64,000 nucleotides of DNA. Origin: an uncultured Gammaproteobacteria bacterium. GTDB lineage: Bacteria; Patescibacteriota; Microgenomatia; UBA10105; UBA927. Below the pieces are notes generated by a model that had not been told where the DNA came from, searched no databases, and saw only the letters and a program-made list of their open reading frames with translations. This document shows, one piece after another, positions 27,733-36,912 of this stretch. Numbering within the stretch: position 1 is the first letter of the stretch; each line of letters begins with the position of its first letter. Where the stretch lies: NCBI GenBank assembly GCA_964553825.1, contig CAZKLT010000004.1, positions 3,137 to 67,136 on the forward strand, written 5' to 3'. A program made the position numbers and the translations under genes.

Positions 27733-30459
27733 TCACTGCAATTCCATGAGCCGCTGGTCTCCCTCGGGACTGGACGGATCCAGCTGTTTGAATGTGAGGT
27801 ACGCCTTTCTCGCTTCGTCTGTTCTTCCGATTTTCGCATAGAGGTCTCCCAGGCTGATATACGCACGCGGCTTGATTTCATCGTCTGTTGTGGCTAAAAG
27901 AAGATACCGCTCCGATTCTCCGTACCGGTTTGCGTTCATATACATGCTGCCCAAAGCCAGCCAGGCCTGTGCTTTGAAGGGGGTCTCAAGACACCGCTTG
28001 AATGTTTCCTCTGCAAGGTCGTAATTTCCCTGCTGAAGGTATACATTGCCCAGGCCTATATAGCCGTTTCCCTGCGGGTTGATAGCTATTGCCTTTTGAA
28101 GCGGAATTATAGCATCGTCAAGTCGTCCCATCTGCAGGTAGAGATTTCCAAGTCCTTGAAATCGATCTGCCTTCGGATTTATTGCGATTGCCTTGTGTAT
28201 CGTTTCCTCAGCGAGGGAAAATTGCCGGGTTTGCACATAGAGTTCTGCCAAGCCGGTATACAGATCCGTATTGGGATCCACCTCAAGCGCTTTTGTGTAG
28301 TAGCGTTCGGACTCCTCGTACCGGCGCATGCGAAGGTAGAGGTCGCCGAGGGCAGCGTATAGTCCTGCGTATGTTGGGTCTATGGCAAGCCCCTGTCGCA
28401 GTACTTGTTCGGCAGAATCGAACTGACGGTATTGCATATAGAGATATGAGATCCCAAACAGCATGCCGGTATCCCGCGGGTTAATCTGAAGGGCACGCGT
28501 AAATGCTTGCTGCGAGTCGTCATGACGGCGAAGGACGCGGTACAGTTTGCCCAGATCGAAATACGCGCCGGTGTCGTGAGGGTTCAGTCTGATGGCGGTA
28601 AGAAAAAACCGTTCAGCTTGCGCATATTCACCACGCGTATATGAGACGCGTCCAAGTCCTGTGTATGCACCGCTATTTTCGGGATTATGTGCCAGGGACC
28701 TGGTGAATGCTTCCTGTGCCTGAGTAAGCTGGTTAAGCTTGATATGGGCATTGCCAAGTCCGTTTAACAACTCGGTTGCCATGGGATCATCCATGACACC
28801 GCTTGCATAGGCGTCAGCAGCTTTTTGAAATTGTTGTTGCGCGAAATATTCGTTGCCCAAAACGAGGAAGCGGTGTGCGGTTTCATCCCGAACAAAAAGA
28901 ATGATCGGATAGGTCATGTGTGTGGAGATACTGCGCAAGGGCACATACGGCATGCGTTCCATAATGTACGGTGCACAGGCCGACCGGGCTTGTTGCTGAT
29001 CCTCGCGAGATAATCCCACACAAGATACGAATAAGTAGTCGGTTTTTTCTGGAAGGATAAGCAATCCTTTATAGATATCCGTAGAAACCAGTTTTGATCC
29101 GGTTTTCTCTTCCAGCAGATGCCAGAAAAAGTATCCATAGTTAAGGCTGTATTCCTGCAAGGCGGCGACCTGTTGGACTTTGAAAGTATACACGGCATAG
29201 GTAGGCTTCGAATCGCCACGTTTCGGCAGCAGCGCAATCTCCCGGCGTACTAATTCTGCTGCCTGCTGTGCGGCAGGGTAGGGACGCTTCTTTTCCCACC
29301 GGAATCCGTCAGACTGCGAAAAGAGCATGAAGCCGGCAAGCGCGGCAGCAGCGATACGCAGCAGCGGATGGTGAGCCGAAAGCATATCCGACAGCACCAG
29401 CGCAGTTACAATACTGCCGAAGCCGAGGGCAAGATGCAGATAGTGTTCGGACGGCGCCAGGGAGAAGATCGGCATGATTAGAAGAGGAATAAGCGACAAT
29501 GCGAGCACGGCGAGGATGCTATTTCTTTCCCGCGCTGCTTTCCCGCGAAGGATCACAAACGCACTGAAAAAGTATAAAAGTCCCATCATCAGCTGGGATA
29601 GCGAAATAGATCCGATAGTCCCGGGATAAGGGAAAAGGAACATGCCGTACAGACGTGCGTATGTCTGGAGTCCCTGCAAATACTGTGGAAGCGTAGGGGT
29701 CAGAAGTTCTGAAAATTGATTCAAAGTAAATGAGCGATGAAACGCAAGTGACCAGGCGACACTGCCAAACGCAAGGCTGATACAGCACGCAGCAACTGCA
29801 GCTGTTTTTCGGTACGCATTGGCATGTGCAGGAAGGCGGCGAAGCACAATGAGGACGCCAATGATGTACACGGGGATATATGCGACCGATGAAAGGTATA
29901 GTCCCGTTGCAGCGACGAAGGCGGCAACGCTCCCAAGAAGAAAACCAAGTTTTCGCGATAGCCATGCCTGAACAAGCAGCGCGATGCTCACCATAAAAAG
30001 GGGCTGCATCACATACGGTTGGAAGAAAAACCTGGATGACCGCATGCCCCACGCGGAAAGGCTGATGAAAAGTACGCTAAGGAATGCCGCACGTATACCC
30101 AATACGCGTCTGACTATTTCCCAGATCGTAAAAGCCATCAGTCCCTGCATGGCTATATTCAAGGCGTTTAGGGTGAAAATACTGTTCCAGAGCATGAGGG
30201 GTACAGCCAGAAAATAGTAGTACAGTGGGCTGTTTATGGGTGCTTTTCCCTCAAAGGCTGTGGTGCCCACCAACGGGAATTCACCGTGCTTTATGATATG
30301 GGAAGCCACGAGATACTCCAGTGACGGATCTACCGTGTTGGGGTCAGGATAATTGAATAGGTACAGGTATGAGCGCAGGATGAGAGTGCCTGCGAGAAGT
30401 GTAATTAGTGCTTTGGTTGACAGTGTCATAGGGATGGTGTCATCATTTCTGAAATGCAC
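27733..30459 (-). CDS. Large GT-C-like membrane protein fused to ~11 C-terminal TPR repeats
   Basis: N-terminal ~520 aa polytopic; C-terminal tandem 34-aa TPR units (..GLGNAHIKLNQLTQAQEAFTRSLAHNPEN.. repeated). Confidence 0.7.
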   Translation of the reverse strand: MHFRNDDTIPMTLSTKALITLLAGTLILRSYLYLFNYPDPNTVDPSLEYLVASHIIKHGEFPLVGTTAFEGKAPINSPLYYYFLAVPLMLWNSIFTLNALNIAMQGLMAFTIWEIVRRVLGIRAAFLSVLFISLSAWGMRSSRFFFQPYVMQPLFMVSIALLVQAWLSRKLGFLLGSVAAFVAATGLYLSSVAYIPVYIIGVLIVLRRLPAHANAYRKTAAVAACCISLAFGSVAWSLAFHRSFTLNQFSELLTPTLPQYLQGLQTYARLYGMFLFPYPGTIGSISLSQLMMGLLYFFSAFVILRGKAARERNSILAVLALSLIPLLIMPIFSLAPSEHYLHLALGFGSIVTALVLSDMLSAHHPLLRIAAAALAGFMLFSQSDGFRWEKKRPYPAAQQAAELVRREIALLPKRGDSKPTYAVYTFKVQQVAALQEYSLNYGYFFWHLLEEKTGSKLVSTDIYKGLLILPEKTDYLFVSCVGLSREDQQQARSACAPYIMERMPYVPLRSISTHMTYPIILFVRDETAHRFLVLGNEYFAQQQFQKAADAYASGVMDDPMATELLNGLGNAHIKLNQLTQAQEAFTRSLAHNPENSGAYTGLGRVSYTRGEYAQAERFFLTAIRLNPHDTGAYFDLGKLYRVLRRHDDSQQAFTRALQINPRDTGMLFGISYLYMQYRQFDSAEQVLRQGLAIDPTYAGLYAALGDLYLRMRRYEESERYYTKALEVDPNTDLYTGLAELYVQTRQFSLAEETIHKAIAINPKADRFQGLGNLYLQMGRLDDAIIPLQKAIAINPQGNGYIGLGNVYLQQGNYDLAEETFKRCLETPFKAQAWLALGSMYMNANRYGESERYLLLATTDDEIKPRAYISLGDLYAKIGRTDEARKAYLTFKQLDPSSPEGDQRLMELQ

Positions 30460-30474
30460 TCATGATAATACGTT

Positions 30475-32073
30475 ATGAAGCGATTGCCTATACACGGACT
30501 GTTGGTTTTTTTCCTGATTATTTTTGGCATTGTGAACCGTGCCGGCCGTTTGGATATCGCGTTTGATCCAGAGGATACGCATCTTGATTATCTTGCGGCA
30601 CATCAGATGGTACGCTATGGACAGATTCCGCTGTCGGGATCAGGGAATCCTGTACTTATCGATAGCCCTTTATATTATTACATTACTGCAGCGTTTGTTA
30701 CGCTGAACGATAGCCTCCTGTTTCTGTCCATCGTGAACTTTGTCGTTATCCAGCCGATTCTGTTTGTGCTTTTTTACGCTTTGGCAAGCGCGCTGTTTGG
30801 CAAGTGGGTCGGCGTGTTTGCCGTAGCTCTTGCGGTTACCAGCTTTGAGTACGTTGCGATGGGTAGTTACTTTTTCCAAACGAACGTCATGCAGGTTTTC
30901 GCCAACGCGTCGTTTCTGTGTCTTGCCCTTGCATGGCGGCACAAACGCAAGGCACTGCTCGCCGCCAGCGTTGTGTTGTTGGCTATAGCGCTGACGATCC
31001 ATCACTCGGTGCTGGCGTTGTTGCCGCTTTTCGGGTTGCTCACTTTCAGGCTTATACCGCGCGCTCAGCGGGCTGCTGAATCGGTCCGGCTGGGGGCGCT
31101 CTGGCTGGGTTTTGTTTCCCTTTTCCATATCCCGGTGCTGATGCTGTTTCAAGCCGAGCCCGCATCCCTGGAGCGCGTGGCTGGCAGCGTATCGGCAGGG
31201 TACATAGGCTCCCCGGATGAATACGTAGGAAAATTTTTTGCCAATCTCCTGCAGTTTGTGTACGCGTTCTCGCTTCGATGGGTTGACAACGCACAAGTCG
31301 TAAATGGTGCATTACTGCTTCTTCTTGTCCTCGGTGGCGTTCAGTTCTTCAGACGGTCTTCTGCACCGCAACGGATGATTCTGGGTATTATGATTGCAGG
31401 AATCCTGCAGCTTGTGCTGCTTGCATCGCTGCTTCGTGTGGGAGTCTGGAATTTCACGTTTACGTCGTTGGCAGGCATCTATCTGATAACAGTTAGTGCC
31501 GTTGTGTTGCGGTGGTTTTCCGGCGGACTGCTGTCAAAAGCTATAGGCATCGCCTCTGTCGTCGCGGTGATGTATGCCTTTTCCAATGCCGGATACCTTA
31601 TGGGCGCTCCGGTATATCCACGGCTGTGGAGGTGGCAGCTGACCCAGGAATCTCTTGCCGCCATTTCGCTCACCGTTGAAAATATCCGCCAAGCGGAAAA
31701 TCGGCACGACGTGTCTTTTTTCCAGATTGAACGAGTCCATCGCAAGCCCTCGGGCGGACTGTTTGTGGATGTGTATTCGCCGGCGGGAATTCAGATTATT
31801 GCCGATTTGCTTTACTGGCCAGCCTTGCAGCAGCGGTTCGAACAGCCATTTGTCCGCATGGAGAAAGACGGATATTTCCCGACAATCCTCAATACGGATG
31901 ATTATGTTTTTGTCATTTGTGATTCAACCAGGGCGACATTTTTGGGGAGCGAGGATTGTCTCGTCCGGTATCTGTCCGATCGACCGAGCCGTACCTTCGT
32001 GCGTCATGTGTATGCATCAGAACTTATCACCGTGGAGCTTGTACGAAGAAGTGATGTCGCCAGGAGATTCTGA
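30475..32073 (+). CDS. Polytopic membrane protein, divergent paralog of N-domain of 27733..30459
   Basis: Shared N-terminal pattern (DPEDTHLDYLAAHQMVRYGQIPLSG..SPLYYY vs DPSLEYLVASHIIKHGEFPLVG..SPLYYY). Confidence 0.6.
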   Translation: MKRLPIHGLLVFFLIIFGIVNRAGRLDIAFDPEDTHLDYLAAHQMVRYGQIPLSGSGNPVLIDSPLYYYITAAFVTLNDSLLFLSIVNFVVIQPILFVLFYALASALFGKWVGVFAVALAVTSFEYVAMGSYFFQTNVMQVFANASFLCLALAWRHKRKALLAASVVLLAIALTIHHSVLALLPLFGLLTFRLIPRAQRAAESVRLGALWLGFVSLFHIPVLMLFQAEPASLERVAGSVSAGYIGSPDEYVGKFFANLLQFVYAFSLRWVDNAQVVNGALLLLLVLGGVQFFRRSSAPQRMILGIMIAGILQLVLLASLLRVGVWNFTFTSLAGIYLITVSAVVLRWFSGGLLSKAIGIASVVAVMYAFSNAGYLMGAPVYPRLWRWQLTQESLAAISLTVENIRQAENRHDVSFFQIERVHRKPSGGLFVDVYSPAGIQIIADLLYWPALQQRFEQPFVRMEKDGYFPTILNTDDYVFVICDSTRATFLGSEDCLVRYLSDRPSRTFVRHVYASELITVELVRRSDVARRF

Positions 32074-32093
32074 TGCGGCTCGGTACAATTTAA

Positions 32094-33620
32094 TTATTTT
32101 TCTAAGGCATAGAATGATGCCGTAAGGTGTTCGACAGGGGCGAAGTCATCCGTTAACAGCAATTCTCGGGATGGTGCGACAGGTCCATCGTACCGGTGCA
32201 ACAGATAGCCGGCCAATTCCTGATTATCCGTTGTCCACGATGGGGCTATCGACGATGACTGTGCAATAAGGACGATATTCTGGATGATGTCCGTTCGGGT
32301 CGGATCCAACACAGGGAACGCAAATACCTGCGGGAATATATGGGCATAGGTTGCCCGTTGCGCCCGGAAAAATGCACTATGCACGCCCTGTGGCGCCGAA
32401 ATCATGTTAACGACGATGACGCCGCCGGGATTGAGAATATTCCGCAGGGCTCGTGCCCACTCTATAGTTGTCAGGTGAAAGGGGATGGAATACTGCGGGT
32501 CAAACGCGTCAATAAATACCGCATCGTATCGGTGTGGCGTGGAATGGACGAACAAACGTGCATCCGTCGCATACGTGGCAATCGCAGGATATTCGTTCAG
32601 GTGAAAGTATGATCTGGCGATATCAACAAGCTGTCCGTCTATCTCCACGACATCGAGTCGTTTTTCCGGATTGCGCCGGATGAAATCCTTCGGAAATGAA
32701 TATCCTCCCGCCCCGATAACCAGTGCCCGCTGGATTGCGGGATTGAAATGGAAGGCCAATCGGAAAAACTTGAGATACGGGGCAACAAGGTCAGTATCCG
32801 CATCCAGAAACATGCTGGATTGGGATCCGTATGGGCTGGTTTGAAGGTAGCGTACCGGTTTGCCGGTTTGCCGGTCGGTCTGGTCTCGGATAAGGTATCG
32901 CCCATAGCGTGTGTCTATATCTGCGATAGCCCCGGGCCAGCTGGTGAGCGCGGGCGTTTTCCACGCGGCGAACATGGCGGCTACCCCCGCCCATAGAAAC
33001 GAAACAATGACGATTTTGGAAAGACGGTTTGGAGCCCACGCAAGGGCGAGTGCGCAGAGGATGACCGCCAACAGAAGAAGCGTTTTAGCATTCCCCAGGG
33101 CGGCAATCAGATAAAAACCCGCAAGAAACGTCCCGGCAATGCTGCCTACGGTGGAGCTGGCGTACATACGGGCAACGGTAACTCCGGCATTCGTCAGCGA
33201 ATGGAGGGCAAGACGCGTGGTATACGGCAGCACTATACCCAGGGCAACGGTGGGCAAGCCAAAGAGGAGAAGCGTGGCCAGTATCGAGCGCACCCGGATA
33301 TCGCCGATACTGCTGTTTATCGCCAGAAGCAGTCCGGGGGCGAGAAACGCACTCAGCGTGAGGCTAATGGACGCTCCAAGCAGGATCCACTGGAGAATGT
33401 CCGTTTTTCGCCGGTCAGCAAGTCTGCCGCCGAGTTCGTATCCGACTGCCAGCGTAGCCATGATTGTGCCGATAATGGCTGTCCACGCGACCAGGGAGGA
33501 GCCTATGGCCGGAGCCAGCACCCGGCTTGCGGTAAGCTCAAGCATCATCACGACGGCACCTGTCGTGCCTGCTGTAGCTTCAAGCTTGATACCTGAAGGA
33601 GGCGTCATAGTCTGTATCAT
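32094..33620 (-). CDS. Membrane protein fused to spermidine-synthase-like (polyamine aminopropyltransferase fold) domain
   Basis: N-terminal ~200 aa multi-TM; C-terminal ALVIGAGGYSFPKDF...VVEIDGQLVDIARSYF...DAVFIDAFDP matches spermine/spermidine synthase class-I MTase-like fold. Confidence 0.7.
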   Translation of the reverse strand: MIQTMTPPSGIKLEATAGTTGAVVMMLELTASRVLAPAIGSSLVAWTAIIGTIMATLAVGYELGGRLADRRKTDILQWILLGASISLTLSAFLAPGLLLAINSSIGDIRVRSILATLLLFGLPTVALGIVLPYTTRLALHSLTNAGVTVARMYASSTVGSIAGTFLAGFYLIAALGNAKTLLLLAVILCALALAWAPNRLSKIVIVSFLWAGVAAMFAAWKTPALTSWPGAIADIDTRYGRYLIRDQTDRQTGKPVRYLQTSPYGSQSSMFLDADTDLVAPYLKFFRLAFHFNPAIQRALVIGAGGYSFPKDFIRRNPEKRLDVVEIDGQLVDIARSYFHLNEYPAIATYATDARLFVHSTPHRYDAVFIDAFDPQYSIPFHLTTIEWARALRNILNPGGVIVVNMISAPQGVHSAFFRAQRATYAHIFPQVFAFPVLDPTRTDIIQNIVLIAQSSSIAPSWTTDNQELAGYLLHRYDGPVAPSRELLLTDDFAPVEHLTASFYALEK

Positions 33621-33662
33621 AGCACGCGGGGCGCGTCCCGAAGCGAAATAAGCCTATAGCAT

Positions 33663-33691
33663 TTGACGTGCATTGTGGCATAGGGTACAAT
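33663..33691 (+). promoter_or_regulatory. Sigma70-like promoter TTGACG-N17-TACAAT
   Basis: Exact hexamers and 17-nt spacer read from sequence in a 360-bp divergent intergenic region. Confidence 0.45.
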
Positions 33692-33752
33692 AGGGTAGTC
33701 GATCGCACATTGACATGTTGCACGACAGGCGGAACGCCACAGGCGTGAAATA

Positions 33753-33778
33753 CCCCGTGAGGCACGGGGATTTTTTTT
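33753..33778 (+). terminator. Rho-independent terminator CCCCGTG-AGG-CACGGGG followed by T8
   Basis: 7-bp GC-rich perfect stem, 3-nt loop, immediately followed by 8 T. Confidence 0.6.
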
Positions 33779-33983
33779 GCGTGTTTGGCTATACGCCTAT
33801 CGGTTTATCACGAAGTAAGAAAAGGGCGGCAGTAAGTCTTGGATGTGATCCAGGATTTTCCGCCGCTCTTTGAGAGGGTGGTCATCGCGAGTTTAAAGGA
33901 GCAAAAACGGGGGAGAGTAACGGAAGAAAAAAGAGTAAAAAGCGATTCCGGACGGACGTCCGGAGAAGGAAAAAGAGGTAAGA

Positions 33984-34982
33984 ATGGCTACAGTAAAGAA
34001 AGGCCACCCAAGTAATTTCCAGTTCGTATGGCGCGTGGGGTTAGTTTTGACGGCTATCCTGTTTGTTGTGCCCGTGCTTTTCCTGGCGGTCAACGCGCAG
34101 GAGCCTCCTGTCCCATACAACCCACCCGTGATTTTAGAGGCGACTGACACGGCTACGACGATGCCTGTGGCGACTGACACGGTTGAGCCCACCAACACGG
34201 TGCCGGCGGTAACGCCCACCTCAACCCGCATCCCGTGTCCACCTGTCGGCGAGCCTGCAGTTTACGGGGAAATCCGGGTTGTGTACCACGAGAGCGTGGG
34301 GGTGGATGCGTGTAATCTCATCCAGCGGTATGTTTCTCTAACCAATGAGAAGTTTTCTGCCATGGGATACGAGACTGGACCAATAGAGGTGGCAGTATTC
34401 ACCACTGTTGACGCCGTCACGGATTATACGTATGAAAAAGCCCGTTTGGCTGGGTGCAATCCTGACAGCAAGGACATCATCAGGTCCCAATGGACTCGTG
34501 GCGGCGCCATGAGTACGCACGGTGTCGCGTTGTTCATGACCACCGGATGGTGGAATGAAAATCCCTTGAACGAGCGGATTGTGGCTGTCGTCCATGAAAC
34601 AACACACGTGGTTCAGGGTAACTATGCCGGAAGCTGTGCGCGTAGCTGGCAAGTGCCAGATTGGTATTCCGAGGGACAGGCGCAGTATTTTGGCCGGCTT
34701 TTTGAATCCCAGTGGGGAATTATGCCGGCGGATATACGCTCGAATCTCTTGGGGTGCCGCGGACAGTTATCCAATCTATCCGGTGATTGCCTATACATGC
34801 AGGGGGAGCAAGCATTTGTTCTCCTTGCTCACCTTTATGGTGAGAAAAGCATGGATGTCTGGGTAAAGTTCGCCGAGGGAAAGTCGTTCAACACGGCTTT
34901 CTACGAAACATACGGCACAAGCGTCTCCCAGTTTTCAAGTGACTTTGATGCTTATGTCAAGGGAGGCTACCGTTTGCCGTAA
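33984..34982 (+). CDS. Secreted/membrane-anchored putative zinc metallopeptidase (HExxH) with Thr/Pro-rich linker
   Basis: N-terminal TM, T/P-rich low-complexity linker, VVHETTHVVQG (HExxH) with downstream E (EGQAQYFG); SD-like AGGAAAAAGAGG upstream. Confidence 0.5.
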   Translation: MATVKKGHPSNFQFVWRVGLVLTAILFVVPVLFLAVNAQEPPVPYNPPVILEATDTATTMPVATDTVEPTNTVPAVTPTSTRIPCPPVGEPAVYGEIRVVYHESVGVDACNLIQRYVSLTNEKFSAMGYETGPIEVAVFTTVDAVTDYTYEKARLAGCNPDSKDIIRSQWTRGGAMSTHGVALFMTTGWWNENPLNERIVAVVHETTHVVQGNYAGSCARSWQVPDWYSEGQAQYFGRLFESQWGIMPADIRSNLLGCRGQLSNLSGDCLYMQGEQAFVLLAHLYGEKSMDVWVKFAEGKSFNTAFYETYGTSVSQFSSDFDAYVKGGYRLP

Positions 34983-35002
34983 ATCGTGATGACCGATACC
35001 AA

Positions 35003-35055
35003 AACCCGGGGAGCGAGTTTGCTCCAACTTGTTCCCTGGGTTCGTATCATTTTTT
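35003..35055 (+). terminator. Possible terminator (compound hairpin AACCCGGG...CCCTGGGTT then T5)
   Basis: Imperfect stem, 8-nt gap before T-run; weak. Confidence 0.3.
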
Positions 35056-35079
35056 CGTATTTGTGATACGATAAATATT

Positions 35080-35637
35080 ATGGATGTGCAACAGTCGCAA
35101 TCACCACCAGGTGTACCACAACAACCAATACAGCCAATACAAGCACCGCCTCCTCCCGTCCCTGTCCAACCGCAGGCACCGCCTCCCACAACCGTGCAGG
35201 AGCAGCCGGTGAATGTTCACAAACGTTCCTCCCTGGGTATGTGGCTTTCTATCGCTTTTTTTATTCTTCTGGTTATCGCCGGGAATGTGTATATATTTCT
35301 TCCAAGAAGTGAGATTGATGTAGCAAATCCGGCACCCGGACGGACAATTCATGTGAACAAATTGTTTCTAACCAAGCCGGGCTGGCTGATCATCAGCCAT
35401 GTTTCAGTCGTGGAAGGAGTTACCGAGATTGCCGTTACTGCGCTCTTGGGACCGGAAGATTATCGTGATTTTGACCTGCCGCTTATGAGCGACGCGCTGG
35501 ATTTGGCGTCAGGGGATTTACTCTACGCAACACTGTATGAGGATACGAATGGCAATGAGGGATATGACTCGCGTATTGATAAGCCCATGCGAGATGCGTT
35601 ATTTCGCCCCATTCGCGTCAGCGTACGGGTTCAGTGA
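35080..35637 (+). CDS. Small membrane-anchored exported protein, family A (Pro/Gln-rich N-terminus)
   Basis: PGRTIHV..L.L.KPGWLIIS...LYEDTNGN...PIRV shared with 35710..36171. Confidence 0.55.
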   Translation: MDVQQSQSPPGVPQQPIQPIQAPPPPVPVQPQAPPPTTVQEQPVNVHKRSSLGMWLSIAFFILLVIAGNVYIFLPRSEIDVANPAPGRTIHVNKLFLTKPGWLIISHVSVVEGVTEIAVTALLGPEDYRDFDLPLMSDALDLASGDLLYATLYEDTNGNEGYDSRIDKPMRDALFRPIRVSVRVQ

Positions 35638-35709
35638 TTGTCCGTACAGGTATGCAGGGTGGGGGTGATTGTGTGTGAAGTATCGTAATACCAAAACATC
35701 CTGAGTGTT

Positions 35710-36171
35710 TTGGGCGCACCGTCAGCTCTTACTATGCAGGCGTCACGACCGATTGCGCAAAAAACTACCTGGTTTATCCCCATTGGGATAGCCAGCGTTT
35801 TCCTCGTATTGCTGGCTGGCTGGTTTATGGCCACTGCGCGAAGTTCCGTGCGGATTCAGGATCAAAAACCCGGACGAACCATCCGGGTGGCCGAACTTTC
35901 CCTTGCGCGTCCCGGCTGGCTGGTGGTCAACCGTGTGAATTTGACAGGCGGCGACGATGAAATTGCTGCTACACCTCGCTTAACGCCCGAGCAGTATAGA
36001 GAGTTTGATATTTCCCTGAAGGATGGGATGCCAGATCTTGCAACGGGGGATTTTTTGTTTGCTGTATTATATGAAGATCGCGATGGAAATAAACTGCTTG
36101 ATACTCTGGTTGATCGACCTATGAACAACCGCTGGGGCAGGCCGATACGTATCTTATTGCGCGTCAAATAA
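35710..36171 (+). CDS. Small membrane-anchored exported protein, family A
   Basis: PGRTIRVAELSLARPGWLVVN...LYEDRDGN...PIRILLRVK paralog of previous. Confidence 0.55.
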   Translation: MGAPSALTMQASRPIAQKTTWFIPIGIASVFLVLLAGWFMATARSSVRIQDQKPGRTIRVAELSLARPGWLVVNRVNLTGGDDEIAATPRLTPEQYREFDISLKDGMPDLATGDFLFAVLYEDRDGNKLLDTLVDRPMNNRWGRPIRILLRVK

Positions 36172-36173
36172 TG

Positions 36174-36875
36174 TTAGAAGATAGTCGTGTTTGGAAGCAT
36201 TTCCTGGAGAGTAGTGTAGGTTGCGGCGTCGATAGCATTTCCTCCCAGATACAGGTAGCGCAGGTTTGTGAGGCGAGACAATTCCTCAGGGAGCGTGGTG
36301 AGTCTGTTGCTACGCAGATCCAACGACGTTAATGCTGCCAGATCGCCGATCGTAGCCGGGAGATGGGTAATTGCGTTGTTGTTCAGTCGAAGCGTAACGA
36401 GTGCAGTCAGTTTCCCGATTTCGGGGGGGAGTTCTGTAAGCTTGTTGAACGGTAGTTCTAACGCGGTCAAACCGACGAGGTCACCGATTTGCGCAGGCAT
36501 CTGCGCCATCTGCGTATTGCTGACGCGAAGAAACGTGAGCGATGAGAGAAGTCCAATTTCCTGAGGGAGGTGCCGGAAAGAGGCGCTTTCTATGGTTAGC
36601 CGCTCAAGGGCAATGAGCGTGGCGATTTCTGCTGGAAGCATCTCTACAGTATCTTGCGGTGAAATATTGAGATCCTTCAGGTGCGGATTTTCGGCGATGA
36701 TCGCAGCGAGGCGCGCAGTGTCTGTCGGCTGCTGTAGTTGCCCCTGCGAGATGGTGGTGCCGCCAAAATGTGCAAACCGTGCGGCAAGATGCGGCGTAAG
36801 CTGCACCAGGCTGATAATCGCAGCTGCAAGCGATATGATGATGACCAGGGCACTGAGTGTGCGGCGTGCTGTCAT
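36174..36875 (-). CDS. Leucine-rich repeat protein, N-terminal membrane anchor
   Basis: Seven+ 23-aa LRR units (L..LP..IG.L..L..L.L..N.L..LP). Confidence 0.85.
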   Translation of the reverse strand: MTARRTLSALVIIISLAAAIISLVQLTPHLAARFAHFGGTTISQGQLQQPTDTARLAAIIAENPHLKDLNISPQDTVEMLPAEIATLIALERLTIESASFRHLPQEIGLLSSLTFLRVSNTQMAQMPAQIGDLVGLTALELPFNKLTELPPEIGKLTALVTLRLNNNAITHLPATIGDLAALTSLDLRSNRLTTLPEELSRLTNLRYLYLGGNAIDAATYTTLQEMLPNTTIF

Positions 36876-36912
36876 TGACAGTATTTAGTATAGCATGTAA
36901 GACTAAGACTGC

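Noticed and set aside
30670-31296. ORF 30670..31296(-) 208 aa
   Set aside because: Antisense within the polytopic membrane gene 30475..32073. It is Arg/Gln/His-rich low-complexity.
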